From a virus (taxonomy: Duplodnaviria; Caudoviricetes), in IMG/VR virus record IMGVR_UViG_3300031519_000154, positions 1 to 29,000 of that record: a stretch of DNA of 29,000 bases. One strand, given 5' to 3'. How positions within the stretch are numbered: position 1 is the first letter of the stretch; the number at the start of each line of letters is the position of its first letter. Under the pieces are notes generated by a model. That model saw nothing but the letters and a program-made list of their open reading frames with translations. It had not been told where the DNA came from and ran no database searches. Positions 8,003 through 16,615 of the stretch are shown in pieces. Made by a program: the position numbers and the translations under genes.

Positions 8003-11000
8003 ATGCCTTCTTTATTAGAAAATTATAAAAATACTAATGATTTAAATTATGATAGTGATTTAAATGCTACTAGTGAATTTTACAAAAGTAGTAAAGCTTA
8101 TCAAGAAAAATATTCTTTTGAAGAATTTGTAAAGTATGCTACTGAAAATTCATCTAATAAATTAGACGGTTCTATGTCTGAATATGTCACACCTCCTAAA
8201 TATAATAAACGTAATTTTAAAAATTCATTATATACTGATGTAAGTTTAAAAGAATATACTGATTCATCACTTGCAGCTATAGATAAAATTAAAGATTTAA
8301 CTAAAGAAGAAGTACAAGAGCTTATGCCTCTTAAGAATACTAGAAGAACTTTTGGTGGTTTATTAGATAAACTTGCTACAGGCACTATAAGTTTAGCAGG
8401 AGATGTATTAGCTCCTATTAGTCCGTATGAGCAAATAGAAGGAAATACGTTTAGAATAAAAACAAAAGAAGATATATTAACTGAAGAAGAAGAAAGAAGA
8501 AGTGCAACACAGAAAACAGTAAGTAATATTATTAGACCGGTAGTTACTTTAGGTACAGATGATATTTATGATGGCGATGAAATTCAAAGACCTGAAGGAT
8601 TAGCTGGGAGATTAGGAGTAGACTTTGGTTCTTTTATTATGGCTATGAGAAACCCTTCTCAAGCAGCAAAATTATTTAAAGGTAAAGGTAAAGAAAAAGT
8701 AATACCTAAAAGACCAGTAGGAAGACCTAGTAATGCTAGTATAGCTGCAGCTAATGTTAAAGCTTTAAGAGATAAAAAGATAGCAGCCCTCAAAGGATTA
8801 GGTAAGGCTGAGTACGCTTCTCAAGTTGTATTTGCCGATGACCCTGAATTACAAATGGTAGCAGGTTTTCTTGATAAAAAACTAGGAACTTTTGCAGACG
8901 ATAATATGTTAGGAGATATACTAGAGTATTTAGATACAGACGAAACTAGTACCTCTTCTCAAAGACGTTTAAGTTTATTGTTTGATGGAGCAGCTTTTTT
9001 AGGAGCAATAAAAGGAACACTGTTTGCAGGTAGTAAAGTAAAACAAGGAACTCAGAAAAGTTATGAACTTGCTTTAAAAGAAATTAAAAAAGACCCTAAA
9101 AAAGTACAAGCTTTAAAAACATACTTAAGAGACCCTATTCAAAAAGTAGTTCCTAGTTTTAAATCTGGAATAATAGATGATGTGTTTGTTAAATCAGCAG
9201 AGTCTGGAATGTTAAAATCACCTTTAAATTTTCTTAGAACTGTTAGAAGAAAGTTTGGTACATCTAGAGGTTATTATAGTGAAGAGATGTTTAACATTTT
9301 TAAAACTGCTGGATACGATAAAATAGCATGGTCTAAAGAAGGTGAAAATTTGTTTAAAGATTTACAATTTCAAATAAAAAAAGTTTCTCAAACTGGTAAA
9401 TTTACTAAAGACGAAGTTGAAACAGCACTAGAAAAGTATTTAGCAGGAGATACTAAAGCATTAAATGGAACTAGTAAAGAGTTAAAAGCATTTGCTAGAC
9501 AAACACAAAATAAAATTACTCAGTTAAGTAAAAGTTTGTTAAAAACAAATGTAATACCGCAGGAATTAAAAAACGTAATTGACTTAAATTTGGGTAAGTA
9601 TTTAAGACAAAGTTATGAACTTTTTGAAAATCCAAACTGGAAACCTTCTGATGATGTAATTAAAAATGCTAAAGGATATGTTGCAAGTTTACTAAGAGAA
9701 ACACCAATTCAAACTGAAGTGTTTGAAACAGTTGGTAAACTAACTCCTTCTCAAATAGAAGTGAAAGCAAGTAACATAATAGAAGATATTTTATCTAGAG
9801 GAGTTAAGAACAAAGGAATAGATACTGATGTAGTAAAACATTTTAATGATGTATTTGGTGTTCAAAAAGCAAACATTAAATTTGCTACTAGAGAAAATAT
9901 TGGAAAACCATTACAAGACTTAATGGGTCGTAGAGGTTCAGAAGATACTAGTAAGTCTGTATTTAATACTATAGAAACTTTAGGTCATTATATAACTGAA
10001 GTTAAAATGTACGATGATATGTTTAAAAGAGGTAAAGATAAATGGTTCTTTAAAAACGGAGTAAATACTTTAGACAATAATCCTCAGAGAACTGCAGGAA
10101 CTATAAGTGGAGAAGGTTTTGGTGCATTAGATAACATGTCAACAACTCCACAAATTGCAAAACTTTTTGACAACATGAACCAAGTTCAAAATAGTAACTG
10201 GTATGCTAGAGCAGGACAGTTATTTTTAGGTGCTAAAGGATGGGGACAGGCAGCTGCAACTGTATATAGTTTAACAACTCATGCACGTAATACCATTGGT
10301 GGTGGTTTGATTATGGCTTCTAACGGTTTAAATCCTTTTGATGCTGAAACTAGAAAATCTTTTAAAATGTTACAAAATGAACTGTTTGCTTCTAGAGGAA
10401 AAAGCAGTAAAGAACTAGAAAAAGTTTATGTAAAGTATCAAAGATTAGGATTAGTTAATCAAAGTGTACAAGTAGGAGAATTTAAACGTAACATAAATTC
10501 AGCTTCTTTTTTAGATGATTATGTAAAACAACAAAATGAAAGTTTTAGTAAATTAGCTTATGGAAGTACTACTGGTTTAATTAAGAATGTAACTAATAAA
10601 GTTTCAAAAGTATATGTAGCTGAAGATGATTTATGGAGAATAGCAGGTTTTGAAAAAGAATTAACAGTTTTAAAAAGAGCAAATAAACTTAGCACTACAC
10701 CTAAAACAACAGCACAATTAGAAAAAGAAGCAGCAACTATAATAAGAAACACCATGCCTACTTATGATTTAGTTCCTCAAGGATTTCAAGAACTAAGAGC
10801 ATTGCCTTTTGGTAATTTTTATTCTTTCTTTGCTGAAAGATGGAGAAATAGTTATCACAGTTTAACTCAAGGATTAAGAGAAGTTAAATCTGGCAACGCT
10901 GAATTAGTAGAAAGAGGTTATAAAAGATTAGCAAGTCAAATAGCAATAGGTTATGCCGGTTCTGAAGGAGTCAATCAGTTTAGTAAATATTCTTTTGGGG

Positions 11001-12670
11001 TATCAGACGAAGAAGAAAAAGCTATAAAAGATTTAGTACTTCCTTATTGGTCTAAAAATAGTACTATAGGTTATCAAAGAGATAAAAATGGTAATCTTCA
11101 ATGGGTTGATTTAAGTTTTACAGACCCCCAAGCTCCTATTATAGATGTTTTTAAAAATGGATTAGATGAGTTTTTAAATCCAAATACTCCCGATGCTAAA
11201 ACATCAGAAAAAATAATTGGTGGTATGTATCAATCTTTAACAACTCTTGCTAAACCTTTTATGACAGAAGCTCTTTTTACTGAAAGATTATTAGAAGCTT
11301 TTACAGGAAGAGATAATCAAACTGGAGAATATGTTGATGGTTACAATCCCACTAACTCAGGGATTGAAAATTTCATGGCTGTTTCTTATCATGTAGGAAA
11401 TGTACTAGTTCCTAGATTTGCAAGAGAAGGATATAGTTATACTTTAGGAGAAAAAGCAGAAAAGTTAAAAGAAGGAGACTTAACATATAATAATGAATTA
11501 TTATCTAAAGTTACAGGTCAAAGATTTTATTCTGTTAATGCAGAAACTTTAAAAGATAATTTATATTTTAGAACAAAAGAATTTACTGATGCTTATGAGG
11601 GTATTAAAGATGGATTTAAAATTAATAAAACAGATTCTAGTGAAGACATTATTAATAAATACATAAAACAAAATGAAAAATATTATAAGTTTCAAGTAGA
11701 TTTTAATAAAGCAGTAAGAGCTTCTTCTACTTTAAACTTAGATAGTTTAGTAATTAGAGATACTTTAAACAGAACTTTATCAGGTTTTAGTAGTGTTGAA
11801 AAAGAAAGTTTTTTATTAGGAGATAATTCTTTTAAACCTTTAAGATTAAACAATTATAATTTTAAAACTTTATTTCAATTAGATGATAAGCCTGATGTGT
11901 CTTATCTTGATTTTACAGAATTATACTCTAACGCCTATCAAAAACTTTCACATCTTCCGTTAATAGAAAAGAACGAATATTCTACTATAGAAAAAGAAGC
12001 TATAGAATTAATAAAATCTCCTGAAAGACTTAACAAATTTGAAGGTGGCGAAGTAGATGTACCTTTCACTAAAGATGAACCTGAAAATAGAATAGATTCT
12101 TTTACAGGTAAACCTTACTCAGACCAGATGGCTAGGTTAGGATTAGCTGAAGGTGGACAACCTCAAGATATATTATCTTTTATTGGACAAGCTAGAGGTT
12201 ATGAAGACCTTTCATTTTTAAGACAGTATTCTGATGACGTTAAATGGCAAGAGGTTAGAGGTGCTGGACCGACAACAGTTCAAAATAATAATGGACCAGC
12301 AAGAGGAAGTTATCAGGTAGAAGGAAGTGAAGGTAGCAGTAGAAACGAAACTATTTTACAAAGAGCTAAAAACTTTTACGAAAAATATCCTAATGCTCCT
12401 AAATCAAAAGAAATTGAATATGCTTTATCACAACAAGGTAAGGATTTAGATTTTTCAACTTTATCAGAATTAACACAAGATTCTTTATTCTTTATAGATG
12501 CAGAAAGGGGAACTTTACCACTTGATAAATTAGCAACAGGAGAATTAAATAATAAAACAGCTTGGATGGAACATTGGAATCAAGGACCTGATAGAAAAGT
12601 AATGGAAGATAAGTGGGATAAAGCACAGAAAGAAAAAGAAATTTTATTACAACAACAACTTGTACAATGA
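8003..12670 (+). CDS. Large internal virion/ejection protein (T7 gp16-like position) with putative C-terminal lysozyme-like domain
   Basis: 1555 aa, last and largest of the core cluster; C-terminal WQE...GPARGSYQVE motif after an EGG-bracketed linker. Confidence 0.62.
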   Translation: MPSLLENYKNTNDLNYDSDLNATSEFYKSSKAYQEKYSFEEFVKYATENSSNKLDGSMSEYVTPPKYNKRNFKNSLYTDVSLKEYTDSSLAAIDKIKDLTKEEVQELMPLKNTRRTFGGLLDKLATGTISLAGDVLAPISPYEQIEGNTFRIKTKEDILTEEEERRSATQKTVSNIIRPVVTLGTDDIYDGDEIQRPEGLAGRLGVDFGSFIMAMRNPSQAAKLFKGKGKEKVIPKRPVGRPSNASIAAANVKALRDKKIAALKGLGKAEYASQVVFADDPELQMVAGFLDKKLGTFADDNMLGDILEYLDTDETSTSSQRRLSLLFDGAAFLGAIKGTLFAGSKVKQGTQKSYELALKEIKKDPKKVQALKTYLRDPIQKVVPSFKSGIIDDVFVKSAESGMLKSPLNFLRTVRRKFGTSRGYYSEEMFNIFKTAGYDKIAWSKEGENLFKDLQFQIKKVSQTGKFTKDEVETALEKYLAGDTKALNGTSKELKAFARQTQNKITQLSKSLLKTNVIPQELKNVIDLNLGKYLRQSYELFENPNWKPSDDVIKNAKGYVASLLRETPIQTEVFETVGKLTPSQIEVKASNIIEDILSRGVKNKGIDTDVVKHFNDVFGVQKANIKFATRENIGKPLQDLMGRRGSEDTSKSVFNTIETLGHYITEVKMYDDMFKRGKDKWFFKNGVNTLDNNPQRTAGTISGEGFGALDNMSTTPQIAKLFDNMNQVQNSNWYARAGQLFLGAKGWGQAAATVYSLTTHARNTIGGGLIMASNGLNPFDAETRKSFKMLQNELFASRGKSSKELEKVYVKYQRLGLVNQSVQVGEFKRNINSASFLDDYVKQQNESFSKLAYGSTTGLIKNVTNKVSKVYVAEDDLWRIAGFEKELTVLKRANKLSTTPKTTAQLEKEAATIIRNTMPTYDLVPQGFQELRALPFGNFYSFFAERWRNSYHSLTQGLREVKSGNAELVERGYKRLASQIAIGYAGSEGVNQFSKYSFGVSDEEEKAIKDLVLPYWSKNSTIGYQRDKNGNLQWVDLSFTDPQAPIIDVFKNGLDEFLNPNTPDAKTSEKIIGGMYQSLTTLAKPFMTEALFTERLLEAFTGRDNQTGEYVDGYNPTNSGIENFMAVSYHVGNVLVPRFAREGYSYTLGEKAEKLKEGDLTYNNELLSKVTGQRFYSVNAETLKDNLYFRTKEFTDAYEGIKDGFKINKTDSSEDIINKYIKQNEKYYKFQVDFNKAVRASSTLNLDSLVIRDTLNRTLSGFSSVEKESFLLGDNSFKPLRLNNYNFKTLFQLDDKPDVSYLDFTELYSNAYQKLSHLPLIEKNEYSTIEKEAIELIKSPERLNKFEGGEVDVPFTKDEPENRIDSFTGKPYSDQMARLGLAEGGQPQDILSFIGQARGYEDLSFLRQYSDDVKWQEVRGAGPTTVQNNNGPARGSYQVEGSEGSSRNETILQRAKNFYEKYPNAPKSKEIEYALSQQGKDLDFSTLSELTQDSLFFIDAERGTLPLDKLATGELNNKTAWMEHWNQGPDRKVMEDKWDKAQKEKEILLQQQLVQ

Positions 12671-12804
12671 TACTTTACACAGAGACACAGCTTGAAACAG
12701 CTTATAACATTTACAGGCTACATCAGATAAGTCAAGGTATAAACTTTATGGACTTAGAAAACTTTAGAAAACTATACGAAGAGTTAGTAACAGAGATAGT
12801 ATAA
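12667..12804 (+). CDS. 45-aa hypothetical protein (not in ORF track)
   Basis: MILYTETQLETAYNIYRLHQISQGINFMDLENFRKLYEELVTEIV*; ATGA overlap upstream and TAATG overlap downstream fill the gap exactly. Confidence 0.7.
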   Translation: MILYTETQLETAYNIYRLHQISQGINFMDLENFRKLYEELVTEIV

Positions 12805-13244
12805 TGGGATTTCCATTTGAGATAATAACTATGTTAGCTTCTACTGTGCTCGGTGGTGTGATGAGTGTATGGTCTGAGAGTCGTAAGTCTAAAGCAGAAG
12901 CACAGAAACTTCTTATAACTCGTGGTGAGTTTGATATGAAAGCTAAGAAGCAATCACTTGAACACGGTTTAAAAGATAAAGGATTTGCATGGACAAGAAG
13001 AATTATAGCACTAACATCAGTGTTTGCTATAGTACTCTTACCTAAACTTGTAGCTGTTTATTATCCAGATGTTAGTGTTACTGTTGGTTATACTAACTGG
13101 AATCCGGGTGGTTTGTTTAGGTCAGGCAGAGAAGTATTTGAATGGATTACTTTTCAAGGGCTTGTAATAACTCAATTAGACACTAACTTAGTATCAGCTA
13201 TTATAGGTATGTATTTTGGTGGTAGTTTGGCAAAAGGTAAGTAA
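12804..13244 (+). CDS. Membrane protein with ~3 hydrophobic segments, putative holin
   Basis: IITMLASTVLGGVMSVW; WTRRIIALTSVFAIVLLP; LVSAIIGMYFGG; coupled starts and stops. Confidence 0.6.
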   Translation: MGFPFEIITMLASTVLGGVMSVWSESRKSKAEAQKLLITRGEFDMKAKKQSLEHGLKDKGFAWTRRIIALTSVFAIVLLPKLVAVYYPDVSVTVGYTNWNPGGLFRSGREVFEWITFQGLVITQLDTNLVSAIIGMYFGGSLAKGK

Positions 13245-13525
13245 TGAACGATTGGGTACAGGCTATAGAAACTATAGGTATTCCGGCAGCTGGTGCAGCA
13301 GGATTAGGATATCTTGTATGGGTCTTGTTTAAATCTTTAATAGCAGACATACATAAAAAATTAGATACGCAACACGGCATGATAGTTGCATTGATAGATA
13401 GAATAAGACAGATGGATAACGACATGATTAGGATAGACGCAATGTGTCGTGCAGCAATGGGTTTAAAACCAGACATAGATAGGATAGCTAGAGCAGATGG
13501 AAAGAAAGACCAAAGAAAAGACTGA
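13244..13525 (+). CDS. Small single-TM + coiled-coil membrane protein at head of the curli-like cassette
   Basis: IGIPAAGAAGLGYLVWVLF TM, then LIDRIRQMDNDMIRID...RIARADGKKDQRKD; TAATG coupling. Confidence 0.65.
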   Translation: MNDWVQAIETIGIPAAGAAGLGYLVWVLFKSLIADIHKKLDTQHGMIVALIDRIRQMDNDMIRIDAMCRAAMGLKPDIDRIARADGKKDQRKD

Positions 13526-13637
13526 AACAATAGAGGATATGCATCCTATGACACAGATTACAATAGCTTCAATAGTTCAAGTTTGTGTATTAGTACTTAT
13601 GTTTTTATCTATGATAACAATTAATATTGCAATTTAA
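13497..13637 (+). CDS. Putative 46-aa single-TM peptide (not in ORF track)
   Basis: MERKTKEKTETIEDMHPMTQITIASIVQVCVLVLMFLSMITINIAI*; stop is 1 nt before the csgF-like ATG; alternative starts 13539/13548. Confidence 0.55.
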   Translation: MERKTKEKTETIEDMHPMTQITIASIVQVCVLVLMFLSMITINIAI

Positions 13638-13638
13638 T

Positions 13639-14136
13639 ATGAAAGTAAAACCTACATTTAAAAACACAGCCAAGGTAGAGAGAAACTGCTGGTGGTGTCT
13701 TATGTTCTGGTGTTTGCTAGTAAGTGTTTTTGCTGTTAATAGTGTATCAGATGAGATAGTTTTTAAGTTTAAAAGCCCTAGCTTTAACGGTAACAATACC
13801 AGCTCACATTATCTTACTATACAAAACCAAGAGTTTAATCGTAAAGAAGCTCTCAAGGCAGAGATAAAAGCTTTACAAGACCAGATAAAAAGAGACAAAG
13901 AGAATACAACTCTAGCAAGATTCATTAGGAACTTAGAGTCCAGAATCTACTCACAGCTTTCAAGACAATTAGTAGAAAATTTATTTGGTGAAGTTCCTTC
14001 AGACAGTGGTACATTAACTTTAGAAGGCAATACAATAGTATACAAAGTAGAAGACGGAATAATAACTCTAACAATAACGGACAGTGATGGGAATCAAACA
14101 ACAATTAGTTTGCCTGTGGGTAATTTTACTTTCTAG
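13639..14136 (+). CDS. csgF: Curli assembly protein CsgF-like
   Basis: Signal peptide, then DEIVFKFKSPSFNGN (cf. CsgF mature N-terminus F.F.NP.FGG), LARF..NLESRIYSQLS, and terminal ITLTITD..G..TTI; directly upstream of csgG; ATG 13639 preferred over TTG 13627. Confidence 0.8.
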   Translation: MKVKPTFKNTAKVERNCWWCLMFWCLLVSVFAVNSVSDEIVFKFKSPSFNGNNTSSHYLTIQNQEFNRKEALKAEIKALQDQIKRDKENTTLARFIRNLESRIYSQLSRQLVENLFGEVPSDSGTLTLEGNTIVYKVEDGIITLTITDSDGNQTTISLPVGNFTF

Positions 14137-14941
14137 TTGTGCAGTAATAGAAGAGAGTGGAGATTTAGTTTTAACTAAAAAAGTCCAACCAACTACTACA
14201 TTAAATTTACAATCAGAAGAACTTAGAAATTTACCTCCGGCACAGATAAAACCTACTATAGCTATCTATCCTAATAGTTTTAGAGACTTAACAGGACAAC
14301 GTAGAAGTAATAGTTCTTTTGCTTTATTTAGTACAGCAGTTACACAGGCACCAGAAGCTTTTCTTATTAGAGCTTTTAAACATACAGCAGACGGAAAGTT
14401 TTTTAGAGTTGTTGAAAGAGTAGGACTAGATGATTTAGTAAAAGAAAGACAACTTATTAGAAGTACTCGTCAAGAGTTTGAAGACGATGACAAGATGAAA
14501 CCTTTGTTATTCGCAGGATTACTAGTTCAAGGTGGAGTAATTAGCTATGAGTCTAATTTAAAATCTGGAGGTAGTGGTGCTCGTTACTTAGGTATAGGCA
14601 CATCAAAACAATTTAGGGAAGACACAGTTACTATATCATTAAGATTAGTTTCAGTGGCTACAGGTGAAGTTCTTATGGAAACATTAGTATCCAAAAGTAT
14701 TTTATCAACAAGTGTTTCTCAGGATGTATTTCGTTTTATTGAAGCTGGTACTGAACTAGTAGAAATAGAAGGTGGTATAGCAGAGAATGAAAGTGTTTCT
14801 ATAGCTTTACAAAAGGCTGTAGAAAATGGGGTATTAAATATAATAAATATTGGAATAGATAGAGGCTATTGGAAATATGAAAAAATTAAAATTATTAAGC
14901 CTGATTGCATTGATGAATGCATCGATAGCATACGGGGCTGA
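14087..14941 (+). CDS. csgG: Curli secretion channel lipoprotein CsgG
   Basis: Lipobox LLSS-C (Cys codon 14138); FRDLTGQR, STAVTQ, FRVVER.GL..L..ERQLIR, GARYLGIG, LRLVSV.TGEVL, terminal GYW. Confidence 0.92.
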   Translation: MGIKQQLVCLWVILLSSCAVIEESGDLVLTKKVQPTTTLNLQSEELRNLPPAQIKPTIAIYPNSFRDLTGQRRSNSSFALFSTAVTQAPEAFLIRAFKHTADGKFFRVVERVGLDDLVKERQLIRSTRQEFEDDDKMKPLLFAGLLVQGGVISYESNLKSGGSGARYLGIGTSKQFREDTVTISLRLVSVATGEVLMETLVSKSILSTSVSQDVFRFIEAGTELVEIEGGIAENESVSIALQKAVENGVLNIINIGIDRGYWKYEKIKIIKPDCIDECIDSIRG

Positions 14942-15593
14942 CAACGAAATATATATAGACCAGTCTGGTGCTACATTCAATTTGGATGCAGAACAGCTTG
15001 GTTCAGGTAACATCATAGGCGGGACAACAGCAGCAGCTGGGTCAATGACTGCCTTAGATTTAGACGGTGGTACGCAGACCATTGATATTAATCAGATAGG
15101 TTCAAGTAACAAATTTTTAGGAGACATTACTGCAGATAACTTTGTAGGTTTCTGGGAGTTTGATGGTTCTACTAACGTGTTTAACGTACAGATAGACCCT
15201 ACTAATACTTATGGTGCTGACAACTCTGATGTTAATGTTGATGTAACAGGCGGTACAAATACATTTACACTAGATTTAGGTACTACATCTTTGGCAAGTA
15301 ATGCAGATTTAGACTGGATTATTAATGGAGATGGTAACACCTTTGACTTTAACATCAACAATGCTGATGCAACCAATGACGTAAATGTTGATGGTAACGA
15401 TAATACAATAAACTTTACAGGTCAAGGTTATGCAGGTGGGTACTTTAAATTAACTCAAGTAGGAAATTCTAGAACCTTTAACATAAATCAACTGAGCACT
15501 TTAGACAATGACTGGTTACGCATCACATCTACTGGCAGTAATGGTATTATTTGTGTCAATCAAAATGACGGGGGAAGTGCAGTCGGTTGCTAA
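14877..15593 (+). CDS. Secreted curlin-like (CsgA/CsgB-like) beta-repeat protein
   Basis: Sec signal MKKLKLLSLIALMNASIAYG; DNEIYIDQSG start; repeated (Q/D/T/N)-x-G-x-x-N-type turns (QLGSGN, QIGSSN, FDGSTN, VTGGTN, INGDGN, VDGNDN); N/D/G/T-rich; follows csgG. Confidence 0.7.
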   Translation: MKKLKLLSLIALMNASIAYGADNEIYIDQSGATFNLDAEQLGSGNIIGGTTAAAGSMTALDLDGGTQTIDINQIGSSNKFLGDITADNFVGFWEFDGSTNVFNVQIDPTNTYGADNSDVNVDVTGGTNTFTLDLGTTSLASNADLDWIINGDGNTFDFNINNADATNDVNVDGNDNTINFTGQGYAGGYFKLTQVGNSRTFNINQLSTLDNDWLRITSTGSNGIICVNQNDGGSAVGC

Positions 15594-16614
15594 TATAGGC
15601 AACATAACTGAACTGAACGGAACAGGTCAAGTTGTAAGAGACGAAACCTACCAAGCCTCTCTGTCCTTAGACATAAACAGCTACGATAATGTCCAAACTT
15701 CTAACGGGAGATTGGGCATTACTTTTTTAGATGACAGTCAAGTTAGATTGACAGAGCATTCTGAATTAATTATAGATGAATTTATCTATGACCCTGACCC
15801 TTCTAAGTCTAAGATGGCTTTACAATTTGCTAGTGGAACTGCAAGGTTTATTACTGGTAAGTTAGCCACAATAGATAAAGAAAACATTACTATTAATACG
15901 CCTAGTGCTACGATTGGTATTCGTGGTACAGATTTTACTGTGACTGTAGATGAGTTAGGTCGTAGTTTAGTTATACTATTACCAGACGATGATGGTCTAC
16001 CTAGTGGAGAGATTGTTGTTGCTACAGCTGTGGGACAGGTAGTTCTTAACAAGCCTTATCAAGCTACTACAGTTTCTATGTTTGAAACTAAACCCACAAA
16101 CCCCGTTATTCTTGACTTAACCCTAGAGTTAATTGATAACATGTTAATTGTAAATACACCTAGGGAAGTAGAACAAAATGAGAGAGAAGATGGAGGGAGC
16201 AGTGTTAGTAGTCTTGATGTTGATTTCCTTGAGTTTGATGATTTAGAGACAGACTATCTAGCAGAAGATAGTTTAGAGTTTACAGAGTTAGATATAAATT
16301 ATCTTGATGTAAACTTTCTTGAAGACTTGTTAGACATCATAGAGGATGTAAATGAGTTAGACCAGACTTCAACAATTTTACAAACTAATATAGATTTAAA
16401 AGGTACTCAAGTAGGATACGATAGTGAGACCCAGATAAATACTTTCTTGACAGATAACGTCATAACATTCTACAAAGCTTTAGAAGATACAATTAAATTA
16501 GAATTAGATAAAGCAAATGCCTACACTATTGTAATGATACAAAACGGTAAGAGCACACAAATTATAGTTAATGGTGGTGGAGATTCTACTATCAATATAA
16601 CACAAGGAGACTAA
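15508..16614 (+). CDS. Exported FecR-domain protein with acidic linker and beta-rich C-terminus
   Basis: IG.I..LNG...V.R, D.VQT..GRLGITFLDDSQVRL.E.S.L.I, INTPSATIGIRGTDF; start could be 15508 or 15541. Confidence 0.82.
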   Translation: MTGYASHLLAVMVLFVSIKMTGEVQSVANIGNITELNGTGQVVRDETYQASLSLDINSYDNVQTSNGRLGITFLDDSQVRLTEHSELIIDEFIYDPDPSKSKMALQFASGTARFITGKLATIDKENITINTPSATIGIRGTDFTVTVDELGRSLVILLPDDDGLPSGEIVVATAVGQVVLNKPYQATTVSMFETKPTNPVILDLTLELIDNMLIVNTPREVEQNEREDGGSSVSSLDVDFLEFDDLETDYLAEDSLEFTELDINYLDVNFLEDLLDIIEDVNELDQTSTILQTNIDLKGTQVGYDSETQINTFLTDNVITFYKALEDTIKLELDKANAYTIVMIQNGKSTQIIVNGGGDSTINITQGD

Positions 16615-16615
16615 C

